A stretch of DNA of 64,000 nt, taken from positions 94,984-158,983 of the forward strand of contig JAZKFH010000047.1 in the NCBI GenBank assembly GCA_040386535.1, in the 5' to 3' direction. The notes beneath the pieces were generated by a model. That model did not search any database and was not told where the DNA came from. It saw nothing but the letters and a program-made list of their open reading frames with translations. This stretch comes from Myxococcota bacterium (GTDB taxonomy: Bacteria > Myxococcota_A > UBA796 > SXON01). Position 1 is the stretch's first letter. Every line of letters begins with the position of its first letter. The position numbers and the translations under genes were made by a program. Shown here piece by piece: positions 1 through 11,916 of this stretch.

Positions 1-2
1 GC

Positions 3-641
3 GTGTCCTCCGCGTGCGCCTACGCGGTCGACGCCGCGCAGCCCATGCGCGAGGAGGCCCTGTTCGCGGGCGATCCCGAGCCCACCAACGGCCCCTACGG
101 GCACGCCAAGCGCGCCATGATGGTCCAGGGCGCGGCGTACGCGGCGCAGTACGGGTTCGACGCCGTGTTCGTCGTCCCCACCAACCTCTACGGGCCGGGC
201 GAGTCGGTCGATCCCGCCCGGGCCCACGTCGTCGGCGCGCTCGTGCGCCGCTTCGAGGAGGCGCGGCGCGCCGGTCTGGACGAGGTGACCTGCTGGGGCT
301 CGGGCCGCGCCACACGGGATCTCTTGTTCGTGCGCGACGCCGCCGCCGCCATCCTCCTGGCGCTGACGCAGCCGGTCGGCCCCGCGCCGGTGAATCTCGG
401 CAGCGGAGAGGAGCGCACCATCGCGGCGATCGCGACCGCGGTGGCCGACGCGGTCGGTTTCCGCGGTACCATCCGGTGGGACGCGGCGCTGCCGGACGGC
501 ATGCCGCGCAAGGTGTTGGACATCACGCGGGCGCGCTCCCTCCTCGGGTGGTCGCCCCAAACCCCCCTCGCCGAGGGGCTCGCGGAGATGGTCGCGTGGT
601 TTCGTGGATCCTCCTCGCCGTTGGCTGCCTCGAACGGGTGA
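3..641 (+). CDS. GDP-L-fucose synthase-like NAD-dependent epimerase/reductase (5'-partial)
   Basis: SSACAY..., EPTNGPYGHAKR (YxxxK), PTNLYGPG, WGSGRATRDLLFV, DGMPRKVLD motifs typical of the Fcl/WcaG family; runs off the window start. Confidence 0.85.
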   Translation: MSSACAYAVDAAQPMREEALFAGDPEPTNGPYGHAKRAMMVQGAAYAAQYGFDAVFVVPTNLYGPGESVDPARAHVVGALVRRFEEARRAGLDEVTCWGSGRATRDLLFVRDAAAAILLALTQPVGPAPVNLGSGEERTIAAIATAVADAVGFRGTIRWDAALPDGMPRKVLDITRARSLLGWSPQTPLAEGLAEMVAWFRGSSSPLAASNG

Positions 642-1513
642 CCGGAGAGGACGTGCCGCTCGATCCGCGCTTCTACGCGGGGCGGGACGACAACGCCGGG
701 CAGGCCGCGGCCGGCGGCGGAGACCCCAACGGCGGCGGGAGCGCCGCGGGCGGCGGCGAGGGCCCCTACGCCGGGTACGACGGCGAGACGTGGCTGCTGA
801 AGGGCGAAGTGCGCGGGGAGGAGCCCATCCCCGTGCAGATCGACGTGAACGAGCCCGATGACGCCGCTCCGGGCGGGGTCCGGCGCGCGGGCGCCATCCG
901 CCTGGACGCGCCGGGGCCGTTCGAGGTCAACGTGCCGAAGACCGTCACGGTCATCCGGTTCCAGGCCTTCCAGGACCCCACCGCGGACGGCCCCGACGAG
1001 ACCGATCCGTTCGCCGAGGCCTCGGTCACGCTGGGAGACCAGGCGCCCGCCGCGCTCGTGCTCGAGCTGGTGAAGGGCGCGCGGGGCACGGCCTCCGGGG
1101 GCGGCGGCGCGCCGGGGTCGCCGGGAGGGGCACCCAACGGGGGCCCAGGAGAACCGGGGGCGCCCGGGGGCTCGGCGGCGCCGCAGCCGCCCCCCAACGG
1201 CCTCTCGTTCCCGGCGGGGCCGACGGTCACGCTCACCGGCTTGGTGGTGGCGGCGCGGGATCTGCCCGTCGTGCTCGACTTCTTCCTCGCGGACGGCGCG
1301 GGCGCGGGCGGCCGCAGCTACCTCGGCAAGCGGGTGGTGGAGGCCGGCACGTGGACCCAGGCGTTCCCCGAGGGCTTCGGCGCCGTCGAGGTCGAGGCCT
1401 ACCAGGACCTGACGGGCGATTCCCGCACCGGCGACGATCCCGCGGCCCGCATGGAGCGCGCCGTTCAGATCGCCGAGGCGGACGCCGACGCCGGCACGCT
1501 GACCATCCCGTAG
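596..1513 (+). CDS. Hypothetical lipoprotein with two repeated beta-domains and Gly/Pro linkers
   Basis: GTG at 596 gives VSWILLAVG-C lipobox; internal duplication AFQDPTADGPDETDP / AYQDLTGDSRTGDDP; alternative start GTG 638. Confidence 0.7.
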   Translation: MVSWILLAVGCLERVTGEDVPLDPRFYAGRDDNAGQAAAGGGDPNGGGSAAGGGEGPYAGYDGETWLLKGEVRGEEPIPVQIDVNEPDDAAPGGVRRAGAIRLDAPGPFEVNVPKTVTVIRFQAFQDPTADGPDETDPFAEASVTLGDQAPAALVLELVKGARGTASGGGGAPGSPGGAPNGGPGEPGAPGGSAAPQPPPNGLSFPAGPTVTLTGLVVAARDLPVVLDFFLADGAGAGGRSYLGKRVVEAGTWTQAFPEGFGAVEVEAYQDLTGDSRTGDDPAARMERAVQIAEADADAGTLTIP

Positions 1514-1686
1514 CGGCCGCCGATCGTTGCGCCTTGCGCGCGGATCTTGTCAAGAATCGACGGAGCGGCGTACGGCCGCCGGGAGCGCCCTGGGCGTTCA
1601 TCCGGCCGGAACGCCGTCGGCGGCCCCGTTGAGTCGGGGGGACGCATCGTGTATACCGAGCGGCACGCTTTCCGGGAGGAAGCCCA

Positions 1687-3239
1687 ATGTCGTTTGCAGG
1701 ACTCCTGCTGCTCCTCGCCGTTCCCGCCCACGCGGTCTCGCCGTCCGCGGCGGGGCACGTGACGCTCACCGAGTTCCAGGCCGACCCGACGCGGGTGCCC
1801 CAGTACTACGGAGAGTGGTTCGAACTGTACAACAACTACCCGGGAACGCTCGACTTCGAAGGCGTCTCGATCACCAACGCCGCGGGGCAGGTGGTCACGA
1901 TCGCGGGCCCCACGCTCGTCGGCGCCGGCCAGTACCTGGTGCTGGGGATCAACAACGACCGGACATACGGCTCGTCCAGCTACAACGGCAACGTCCCCGT
2001 CGACTACCTCTACACGTTCGACACCGACGCGGACGGCTTCAACATCGCGCTCTCGGACGACACGTTGACGGTCCGGTTCGGCGCCGTCGTGCTCGACACG
2101 GTGGAGTGGACCTCGGCCTGGGGGATCTCGGCGAACTACGCCCACTCCGCCAGCCTGAACGCCTACACGCTCGAGTGGGCGAACGACTACTCGATCAACT
2201 GGTGCTCTTCGGCCTCGTTCATCGCCGACTCCGGCATGTACGGCTCCCCCGGCGAGGAGAACGAGTACTGCGGCACCTCCGCGGGCGCCGACAACGACGG
2301 CGACGGCTACTCCGAGCGCGAAGGTGACTGCCGCGACGACGACGCCAACATCCACCCCGACTCGCTCGACGGCATCGACGGCGTGCCCCAGTCCTCGGGC
2401 GGTGGCGGCAACCCGAATGACGACGCGGACTGTGACGGCGATCGCGACGACGGCGTGCTCGACAACGACGGGGACGGCATCTCCGAGGTCGATGGCGACT
2501 GCGACGACAGCGACGCGGACGTGTTTCCCGGCGCGGTCGAGCGGGACGACGGCGTCGACAACGACTGCAACGACTGCATCGACGACCTCGACGAGGACGG
2601 CGACGGCTACGGCTACTCCGAGGTCGACAGCTGCGGTGACGACTGCTCGCCCTCGCTCCCCACGAGCGCCGATCCCGACCTGCCCGCGGATCGCGACGCC
2701 GATGTCCATCCCGGCGCCACCGAGGTCCCGTACGACGGCTACGACCAGGACTGCGACGGGCTCGACCTCTGCGACTACGACGAGGACGGCTACAACTCCG
2801 ACCTCTGCGTCTGCGGCACCCGCTGCGACTGCGACGACAACAACCGGCTGATCCATCCCGGCGCCCCCGAGAACGAGAGCGACGGCATCGACAACGACTG
2901 CGACGGCGACATCGACATCCCCGATCGCGACGGGGACGGCTTCACCGTCGAGATGGGCGACTGCATGGACATCGCGGGCGACGCGGGAGACCCCGAGCTC
3001 GTCGAGATCTCGGCGACCGTGAACCCGGACGCCGTGGAGAAGTGCGGGGATCTGCTCGACAACGATTGTGACGGCTTCTACGACAACCTGCCCGAGTGCA
3101 CGAACCCGCAGGCCTACGCCACGGTTCGGGGCGGCGGGTTGTGCGGGGTGTCGCCGACCACGGGCGGGGCGGGCACGCTCGCGCTCGGCGCGCTGATGGG
3201 CCTGGCGGCGATCGCCCGCCGCCGTGAGGGGGGAGCACG

Positions 3240-3243
<4 letters not shown>
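1687..3243 (+). CDS. Lamin-tail-domain + Cys/Asp-rich (MopE-related/metal-binding) repeat surface protein with MYXO-CTERM; TraA-like architecture
   Basis: Signal peptide; LTEFQADP..GEWFELYN LTD motif; many DCDD..PGA.E..DGxDNDCDG repeats; C-terminal GGGLC..hydrophobic..RRR; GGAGGA RBS. Confidence 0.8.
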
Positions 3244-4988
<1,745 letters not shown>

Positions 4989-5007
4989 GCCCCGAGGACC
5001 CCCGACC

Positions 5008-5922
5008 ATGCGTACCCTGCTGCTCTTCGCCCTGCTCCCCACCCTCGCCTGGGCCGGGGCCCGTGGCTCCTCCACCGAAAAGGGGGGGAAGCTCGGCGCC
5101 AATTACTGGTCCGCCCAGTCCGCGATCGACGGCAAGATCGAGACCGCCTGGATGGTGCCCGGCGAGAGCCCCAACCGCGGCGAGTGGATCGAGATCGACA
5201 TCCCGCGCGGCGAGGTCGACAAGATCGCGATCTACCCGGGCTTCGGCAAGAGCGACGAGACCTACGGCGACTACCCGCGCGTCAAGCAGATGCGGATCGA
5301 CGTGTTCGCGCTCGATGACGACCAGAACGCCAAGCAGGTGGGCTCGACCACCATCGACGTGCCCGACAAGCGCGAATGGCAGACGTTCGACCTGACGGAC
5401 GCGAAGATCGACGCCGGCCTGTTCGGCGGGCGCGTGCGCCTGTCCATCATCGACATCCACGACGGCGAGGACTACCCCAACCTGGGCGTGTCCGAGGTGC
5501 TCATCCACATGAAGGAGTTCGACGCGCGGGTGAAGGTCACCGCGTTGAACGACGGCGATCCCGCGGGCGCCGCCGACATGCTCGACGAGAACCCCAAGAC
5601 CGCGAGCAAGCTCCCCGGCACCTCCGCCACCATGAGCCTCGAGAGCTCGGGCTTCGGCATCTCCACCATCGGGTTCGTGCCGGTCAAGGACCACGCCCGC
5701 CCCAAGACGGTGGAAATCACCGCCGGCAACCAGACCGTGACCACGGTGCTCCCCGACAAGGCCTCCGAGGTGCAATGGGCGACCGTGCCGGGCCTCAACG
5801 GCTACACCGGCGGGGCGTTCGGCACCCTCGAGGTCAAGATCCTCGACGTGTATCCGGGCAAGGTCGCGGAGATCGGCATCGCCGAGCTCAAGGCCCGCGC
5901 GACGAACTTCGAGGCGTTGTAG
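5008..5922 (+). CDS. Secreted protein with tandem discoidin/glycan-binding-like domains
   Basis: Signal peptide MRTLLLFALLPTLAWA; AIDGKIETAW..GEWIEI motif; duplicated ends RLSIIDIHDG..LGVSEV / EVKILDVYPG..IGIAEL. Confidence 0.7.
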   Translation: MRTLLLFALLPTLAWAGARGSSTEKGGKLGANYWSAQSAIDGKIETAWMVPGESPNRGEWIEIDIPRGEVDKIAIYPGFGKSDETYGDYPRVKQMRIDVFALDDDQNAKQVGSTTIDVPDKREWQTFDLTDAKIDAGLFGGRVRLSIIDIHDGEDYPNLGVSEVLIHMKEFDARVKVTALNDGDPAGAADMLDENPKTASKLPGTSATMSLESSGFGISTIGFVPVKDHARPKTVEITAGNQTVTTVLPDKASEVQWATVPGLNGYTGGAFGTLEVKILDVYPGKVAEIGIAELKARATNFEAL

Positions 5923-5952
5923 GCCGATCCGGCCCTGCCGGACGACGAACGA

Positions 5953-5978
5953 GAGGGGCCCTGCGGGGCCCTTCTTCC
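5953..5978 (+). terminator. Probable intrinsic terminator hairpin
   Basis: GGGCCC-TGCG-GGGCCC stem followed by TTCTT, 30 bp after the stop at 5922. Confidence 0.5.
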
Positions 5979-6109
5979 GTTCTCGGGGCCCACCTTGGTT
6001 GGGCGACCGACGCGGGCCGCGGTGCCCGGCACCCCGAGCGGTGCCGCCACGGCCCCGGAGCTTCGTCGTGCTCGTCGGGACGTGCGGCGCCGCGCGAGTC
6101 GCCTGGCAC

Positions 6110-6143
6110 AAAAACGAAGAGGGCCCGCCGGAGCGAGCCCTCT
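6110..6143 (-). terminator. Probable intrinsic terminator of the Ig-like lipoprotein gene
   Basis: AGAGGGC..GCCCTCT stem with TCGTTTTT tail on the minus strand. Confidence 0.6.
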
Positions 6144-6177
6144 CGGGGGTGCGTGGGCCCGGAGGCCCGCGCGGGGC

Positions 6178-6759
6178 CTACTGGGCGGGCACCGCGGCCA
6201 CGGCGGCCGCTTCGGTGATGGTGATCTCCTGGGTCGCCGAGAGAGCGCCGCTGGTCGCGGTGATCGTGGCGGTGCCGGGCGCAACGCCCATCACGGTGCC
6301 GTCGGCCTGGACGGTCGCGACGGTGTCGGCGCTGGACGACCAGGTGACGGTCTCGCCCTGGAGGGGCGCGCCGCCGGCCTTGACGGTCGCGGTCAGCATG
6401 GCCGACTGGCCGGCGGGCCAGGGGGTGCCGGCGGTGTAGCCGGCGATCTCGACGGCGTCGGGGAGGGCGACGACGAACGTGTACTGGGCCTTGACGTCGC
6501 CGATGGCGGCGGCCACGGTGGCCTCGCCGTTGGCGATGGGCGTGACCTTGGCGCCTTCGAGCTTGGCGACGCTGTCGGGGGAGACCGACCAGGTCAGCGT
6601 GGGCTGGGGCTCAATGGCCTTGCCTTCGGCGTCGAGGACGGTGGCCTTGAGCACGTCGACCTGGTCGAGCTTGTGAACGGAGACCTTCGCGTCGCCGTCG
6701 AACTTGATGGAGGCGGGGGTCGGGGCGCAGCCCACGAAGAGAGCGAGAAGAGCAACCAT
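6178..6759 (-). CDS. Lipoprotein with two bacterial Ig-like (Big_2) domains
   Basis: MVALLALFVG-C lipobox; TWSVSPDSVA / TWSSSADTVATV..GTATITATSG Big_2 motifs. Confidence 0.85.
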   Translation of the reverse strand: MVALLALFVGCAPTPASIKFDGDAKVSVHKLDQVDVLKATVLDAEGKAIEPQPTLTWSVSPDSVAKLEGAKVTPIANGEATVAAAIGDVKAQYTFVVALPDAVEIAGYTAGTPWPAGQSAMLTATVKAGGAPLQGETVTWSSSADTVATVQADGTVMGVAPGTATITATSGALSATQEITITEAAAVAAVPAQ

Positions 6760-6867
6760 GGTAATTCCGTGACCTTTGGGGATTCTCACCCCGATTGAAG
6801 CAGGTAGAAGCGCCGCTCCTGGCGGTTCGGAAGGACGTTCTCCACGGAGCCATCCGAAGGCGGGCGG

Positions 6868-6895
6868 ACTTTACTCTCTTGGTAAATATTTGCAA
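6868..6895 (-). promoter_or_regulatory. Putative sigma70-type promoter for the Ig-like lipoprotein gene
   Basis: TTGCAA-N16-TAAAGT in an AT-rich patch that is itself a near-palindrome (CTCTTGGTAAATATTTGCAAGAG). Confidence 0.4.
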
Positions 6896-7042
6896 GAGGC
6901 AGGAGCGAGGATCTTTTTATCGCAGGGGAGCCGGGGCCCCCTTCCGGTACATCGGCAGGCCCGGCGGGGTACACTACGAGCCGGCGCCCCCCCGCCCTCT
7001 CTCTACCGCCTCCATCCTCGTCTCCATCCTCGGGAAACCTCG

Positions 7043-8956
7043 TTGGCAACGCCCTCGTCAGAGCCCCAACGGTTCGGTAAGTACCAGATCGTCGAGCGGA
7101 TCGCCGCGGGCGGCATGGCGGAGATCTTCAAGGCCCGCCTCGACGGGATCGGGGGGTTCCACCGCACGTTCGCCATCAAGCGCATCCTCCCGCACCTCAC
7201 GACGAACCCCGAGTTCGTCGACATGCTGGTGGACGAGGCGAAGGTCGCCGGGCTGCTCTCGCACGCCAACATCGTGCAGATCCTCGATCTCGGGTCGATC
7301 GACCAGCAGTACTACATCGCGATGGAGTACGTGAACGGCCGGGATCTCGGCCTGCTCCTGGCGCGGTGCGCCGAGAAGGGCATCACCCTGCCGGTGCCGC
7401 ACGCGGTTTACGTGCTGCTCGAGATGCTCAAGGGGCTCGAGTACGCCCACAACCGCCAGGTGATGCGTGGCGGGCGCCCCGTGCCGCTCAACATCGTGCA
7501 CCGCGACATCTCCCCCGCGAACGTGCTCGTGAGCTTCCAGGGCGAGGTCAAGCTCACCGATTTCGGCATCGCCAAGGCCTCGGTCAAGGCGCTCGAGACC
7601 ATGTCGGGCGTGGTGAAGGGCCGCTTCGACTACATGAGCCCGGAGCAGGCCAGCGGCAGCGGGGACGTCGATCAGCGGTCCGACCTGTACTCCGCCGGCG
7701 TCGTGCTCTATGAGGTGTTGACCGGTCGGCACCCGTTCCGGCAGCCCGGCGAGCTCGCGACCATCGAGGCCATCCGCCGCGGCACCTACGAGCCGCCCAG
7801 CTACGTCAATCCGGACGTGCCGTACGCCCTCGACCTGGTGGTCGAGCAGGCGCTCAAGGCCAACCCGGCCGAGCGCTTCGCGACCGCCACCGCGTTCAAG
7901 GACGCCCTGGATCGGTTCTTCCACGACGCCGGCTTCATCTTCTCCGCCTCGACGCTCGCCGCGTTCCTCAAGGGGCTGTTCCCCGAGAGCGAGACCCGCG
8001 CCCCCTCTTCGGGCCCGATCCTCGCGGCCTCGCGCCCCGCGGCGCGGCTGGCGCGGGACCAGGCCGACGATGTCGTGCTGGACGAGGATTCCTCCACCTC
8101 CGGGCGGCGGCGCGGCCCCGTGAACGGGATCTCCCCCGGGGGCCTCCCGAGCGCCGACAGCACGCTGCGGGACGTGGCGGGGCTGCTCCGGTCCCTGCCC
8201 GACGCGGGGCAGTCCGGCGCGTTCGGCCCCGTGGCCGGCCTCGCGGACGAGTCGACGCTGATCCGCCCCGCGCCCGGCATCGATCCGCGCGAGTGGTCCG
8301 AGGCGGCGACCGCGGTGCGCCCCGACCCCGCGGCGCGCTCGGCCATCGCCCGCTCCATCGTGCCGCAGCCGACGACGCAGCCGTTGTCGCAGCGCGCGCC
8401 GCCTCCCGGGGCTCCCCCGCGCCCCGCGTCGCCCCAGGGGCCCGCGGGGACCGGCCTGCGGCCCGCGGACGCGACCACGTCGCGCTTCCCGAGCGCCAGC
8501 AGCATCCCCGGGCCGAAGGCGAGCCCCCCGCCCGCGCCCCGCCCGGCCGCGCGTGAAGCGGCCACGCCCGAGCCGCGGACGCGCATCGTGGCCCGCACGC
8601 CGGCCCACGTCCACCTGCTCTACGTCGCGACCGCGGTCATGACCGCCGTGGCCGGGCTGCTCGTGGGGTTGTTCGTCGGCTCCGCGGCCCGCGCCCGCGC
8701 CCCCGAGGAGCCGCCGGTCCTCAAGCTCGACCCCATCGTCGAGATCCACTTCCCCGCGGGCGCCACCGTCACGCTCGACGGGCGCGACGTGCCCGGCCCC
8801 TCGCCCGCCACGACCACCCTCGCCGCCGGCCGCCCTGCCCTCGTGCGCATCTCGAGCCCCGACCACGCGCCCGCGGAGAGCCAGCTCCTCCTCGACTACA
8901 ACCAGATGCGTGTCCTCGACTTCGTGCTGGTGGATCTCAAGAAAAAGGAACCCTGA
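7043..8956 (+). CDS. Membrane-anchored Hanks-type Ser/Thr protein kinase
   Basis: AAGGMAEIF, AIKR, HRDISPAN, DFG, YMSPEQ motifs; Pro-rich linker, TM helix, PEGA-like C-terminus; TTG start inferred. Confidence 0.92.
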   Translation: MATPSSEPQRFGKYQIVERIAAGGMAEIFKARLDGIGGFHRTFAIKRILPHLTTNPEFVDMLVDEAKVAGLLSHANIVQILDLGSIDQQYYIAMEYVNGRDLGLLLARCAEKGITLPVPHAVYVLLEMLKGLEYAHNRQVMRGGRPVPLNIVHRDISPANVLVSFQGEVKLTDFGIAKASVKALETMSGVVKGRFDYMSPEQASGSGDVDQRSDLYSAGVVLYEVLTGRHPFRQPGELATIEAIRRGTYEPPSYVNPDVPYALDLVVEQALKANPAERFATATAFKDALDRFFHDAGFIFSASTLAAFLKGLFPESETRAPSSGPILAASRPAARLARDQADDVVLDEDSSTSGRRRGPVNGISPGGLPSADSTLRDVAGLLRSLPDAGQSGAFGPVAGLADESTLIRPAPGIDPREWSEAATAVRPDPAARSAIARSIVPQPTTQPLSQRAPPPGAPPRPASPQGPAGTGLRPADATTSRFPSASSIPGPKASPPPAPRPAAREAATPEPRTRIVARTPAHVHLLYVATAVMTAVAGLLVGLFVGSAARARAPEEPPVLKLDPIVEIHFPAGATVTLDGRDVPGPSPATTTLAAGRPALVRISSPDHAPAESQLLLDYNQMRVLDFVLVDLKKKEP

Positions 8957-8958
8957 AC

Positions 8959-9891
8959 GTGGATTCCATCGCGCGGACCCGCCCGCTGCCCATGGCCGCC
9001 CTCGCGGCGCTTCGTCCCAAGCAGTGGGCGAAACAAGTGCTCCTGCTACCCGCGATCATCTTCTCCGACGCCATCCGGAGCCCGACCGAGTGGCTCCACC
9101 TCGGCGTCGCCGTCCTGGCGTTCTGCCTGCTCTCGAGCACCGGCTACATCTTCAACGACTGGCGGGACATCGAGGCCGACCGGCGCCACCCGAAGAAGCG
9201 GTTCCGGCCGCTGGCGAGCGGCGAGCTGACCGAGCGCGCGGCGTGGGGCGTGATGGCACTGGCGTTCGTGGGCGCGCTCAGCCTCGCGTGGGCCGTGAGC
9301 CCGTCGTTCATGGTGGTGGCGCTGCTCTACTTCGTGACGACCGTGTCGTACTCGACGTACTTCAAGCACATCGTCATCCTCGACGTGATGTTCCTCGCGG
9401 CCTGCTACCTCTGGCGCCCGGTGGCCGGCGCGGTGGCGATCGCCGTGGCGATCAGCCCCTGGCTGCTGCTGTGCACCGCGTTCCTCGCGCTGTTCCTCGG
9501 CTTCAACAAGCGCCGCGGCGAGATCATGCTGCTCGAAGGGGTGGGCGGCACCCGGCGGAGCCTCGATGAGTACAGCCCGGCGATGCTGTCCGAGTTCCAG
9601 GCGATCACGACGTCCGGCACGATCATCAGCTACGCGCTGTACACCGTGCTCGGCTCGCCGACCGACTGGCTCCTGCTCACGTTGCCGTTCGTGCTGTTCG
9701 GCATCTTCCGGTACATCTACCTGATGGATCAGAAGGGCGAGGGCGCGGCCCCGGACGAGACGCTCCTGCGCGACCGGCCGATCCTCGTGACCTGCCTGCT
9801 CTACCTCATCGTCGCCGTCGCGGTCCTCGGGGTGGCCCCCCGCACGGACCGCCATCCCAGCGTGGCCGTCGAGCGCCACGCGGCGCCCTGA
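8959..9891 (+). CDS. UbiA-family prenyltransferase (decaprenyl-phosphate phosphoribosyltransferase-like)
   Basis: LRPKQWAK, YIFND..DIEADRRHPKKRFRPLASG, KH..ILDV, KRRGE motifs; multiple TM helices. Confidence 0.88.
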   Translation: MDSIARTRPLPMAALAALRPKQWAKQVLLLPAIIFSDAIRSPTEWLHLGVAVLAFCLLSSTGYIFNDWRDIEADRRHPKKRFRPLASGELTERAAWGVMALAFVGALSLAWAVSPSFMVVALLYFVTTVSYSTYFKHIVILDVMFLAACYLWRPVAGAVAIAVAISPWLLLCTAFLALFLGFNKRRGEIMLLEGVGGTRRSLDEYSPAMLSEFQAITTSGTIISYALYTVLGSPTDWLLLTLPFVLFGIFRYIYLMDQKGEGAAPDETLLRDRPILVTCLLYLIVAVAVLGVAPRTDRHPSVAVERHAAP

Positions 9892-11013
9892 CTACTCCGA
9901 CGCGAGCAGCGGCGTGAGGAGCACCAGCTCGCCCAACGGCACGCCGCCCACCTCGGGCGCGGACGTGAGCACCGTGGTGGGCTGGCCGGGATCCGCGTCC
10001 GCGTAGAGGACCGCGAAGGGGAGCGGGTCCGCGCCGCCCAGGGCGCCGCTCAGCGCGTGGCTGGGGATGCACGCCTCGTAGGCCGCCCCGAGCCAGGTGG
10101 GCGCCAGGCGCGCCTCGGTGCCCGTCGGAGCGGCGGTCTCGGTGACCGGGAGGGTGAGGGTCACGGTGTCGAGATGGAGCGTGAGCTGGTCCCCGGGATC
10201 CGCGTGGTCGTCCCGCACGCGCCCCGCCACGCAGACCCGCTCGGGGTTCCAGACGGCGGCGACGCTGAAGCTCCCGTCCCGCGGGCCGTCCCAGCCGTTG
10301 GCGCCGGACTGGAGCTGCCACGGGGCCTCGACGACCAACGGCGCGGCGGTCGGCCAGTCGACGAGGTCCCCGTCGGGCGTGACGGTGCGTTCCTGGGCGC
10401 TGACGCGGGCGCGGCCGCGGAACGTGCGGTTGACCACCTCGTCGGCCTCGCCCGTGGCCCCGCGCACCCAGTACACCCCCAGGAGCCGCGCGACGCCGGA
10501 CGCGAGCTTGACGCCCTCGGGCGCGTGCTCCTGGGGCAGGAACAGGCGGAGGGTGCCCTGCTCGAGGGCCACGCGGAAGCCGGCGCCGGGGCCCGGGTGA
10601 TCGAGCGGCAGGCCGGGCACCGGGCTCACGCCGCAGCGGCCGTCCTTCATCGAGCACGCGCGCACCTCGTTCTCGGGCGGACCCGCGTTGAGCCAGACGG
10701 TGCGCTGATGGACGGCGAGGAGCCGGGGCGTTCGCCCCGCGCCGAACCGAACGCGCTCGCCCGTCACCCGGTCGACGACAGCGAGGCCGTCGGTGTCGCC
10801 CTCGAGGCTCCACACGCGCCGCCCATCGTATACCTGCGCGCCCGCCGCGATGCGCACGTCGAGCTGATCGCGGCTGTTGCGCCGCAGCCCCAGGAGCAGC
10901 GAGAGTGGAGTGCCGTCGTCCCGTTCGGCGAGGATCGAGAGCTCGCTGGGCAGGACCGCGCGGCGTGCGGGCTCCAGGCGGTCGCAGCCCGCGAGGAGGA
11001 GGACGCCGATCAG
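9892..11013 (-). CDS. Hypothetical lipoprotein with C-terminal CBM9/DOMON-like domain
   Basis: LIGVLLLAG-C lipobox; PDGDLVDW..VRDD..YEACIP..DAD pattern; start uncertain (only CTG overlapping the upstream stop). Confidence 0.6.
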   Translation of the reverse strand: MIGVLLLAGCDRLEPARRAVLPSELSILAERDDGTPLSLLLGLRRNSRDQLDVRIAAGAQVYDGRRVWSLEGDTDGLAVVDRVTGERVRFGAGRTPRLLAVHQRTVWLNAGPPENEVRACSMKDGRCGVSPVPGLPLDHPGPGAGFRVALEQGTLRLFLPQEHAPEGVKLASGVARLLGVYWVRGATGEADEVVNRTFRGRARVSAQERTVTPDGDLVDWPTAAPLVVEAPWQLQSGANGWDGPRDGSFSVAAVWNPERVCVAGRVRDDHADPGDQLTLHLDTVTLTLPVTETAAPTGTEARLAPTWLGAAYEACIPSHALSGALGGADPLPFAVLYADADPGQPTTVLTSAPEVGGVPLGELVLLTPLLASE

Positions 11014-11534
11014 GGCATGGCGGCGCAGAGGGCCTCGACGTCCGGCAAGTCCGCCACCGTGCGGGCGTAGCGTGCGTAGCGGACGCGGCCGTCGGCGCCG
11101 AGGAGGAACTCGGCGGGGAGCAGATCGGCGCCGCCTTCGGGACGGCCGCGCGCGAGGGTCAGCGACGCGAGCAGGGTGCGCAGGGTGTCGGGCCGCAGGC
11201 CCACGAGCGAGCGCACAAGGCCCCGGTCCCGGCCGACGCCCCACGCGTCGAAGCGCGCGTTGTCGGGCTCGACGACGATCGGGAACAGGACGTGCTGGCG
11301 GGGCACGAAGTCACGCGCCAGCGTCAGGTCGCACCGGGTGAACGCGACCATGCCGACCCCGGCCGCGTCGAGCCGGGGGAGGGCCCGCTCGGCCTCCGTG
11401 ATCGCGGCGCGCGCGAGGCCGCCCGACAACGAACGCAGGAACAGCACGACGAGCGGCCGGACGCCGGTCTGCACGGGCAGGCCGAAGACCGGCTGCACGC
11501 GGAAGGCCGGGGCGGGATCACCGGGGCGGAGCAT
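11010..11534 (-). CDS. AhpC/TSA (peroxiredoxin-like) fold protein lacking the canonical CxxC
   Basis: [32 protein letters not shown] pattern. Confidence 0.7.
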   Translation of the reverse strand: MLRPGDPAPAFRVQPVFGLPVQTGVRPLVVLFLRSLSGGLARAAITEAERALPRLDAAGVGMVAFTRCDLTLARDFVPRQHVLFPIVVEPDNARFDAWGVGRDRGLVRSLVGLRPDTLRTLLASLTLARGRPEGGADLLPAEFLLGADGRVRYARYARTVADLPDVEALCAAMP

Positions 11535-11916
11535 TGGTGTCCGTGGGCGGCGGAGCGCAGTCCGTGCCGTCGGTGATGACGCGCTCCATGCGCCGTTGGG
11601 GCTCGAGCCAGGCCTCCACCAGCTCCGGCGGGAGGCCGGCGCGCTCGATCTCCTGCCGGAGCAGGGCGAGCCGCCGCCGGAACTGCCCCGCGTTGATGCG
11701 GAGCGTGCGGTGGAGGGGGGCGATGGGGCGGCCGGTGTAGGCCACGGGCGCGCCGAGCGAGGCGGCGGCGTGCTCGTATTCGTGCAACTTCACGGCGGAG
11801 CGGTCCTTGCCGGCGAAGAAGAAGCCTATGATCGAATCGTCGAATTGGCGATCGACGAACCGATCGACGATCGCGCGCACGACGGGTTCGCCGCCCGCGC
11901 GCTCGAAGGCGGTCAT
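11518..11916 (-). CDS. Group I truncated hemoglobin
   Basis: FERAGGE..VDRF..IGFFF..YTGRP..LH motif; 132 aa. Confidence 0.85.
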   Translation of the reverse strand: MTAFERAGGEPVVRAIVDRFVDRQFDDSIIGFFFAGKDRSAVKLHEYEHAAASLGAPVAYTGRPIAPLHRTLRINAGQFRRRLALLRQEIERAGLPPELVEAWLEPQRRMERVITDGTDCAPPPTDTNAPPR

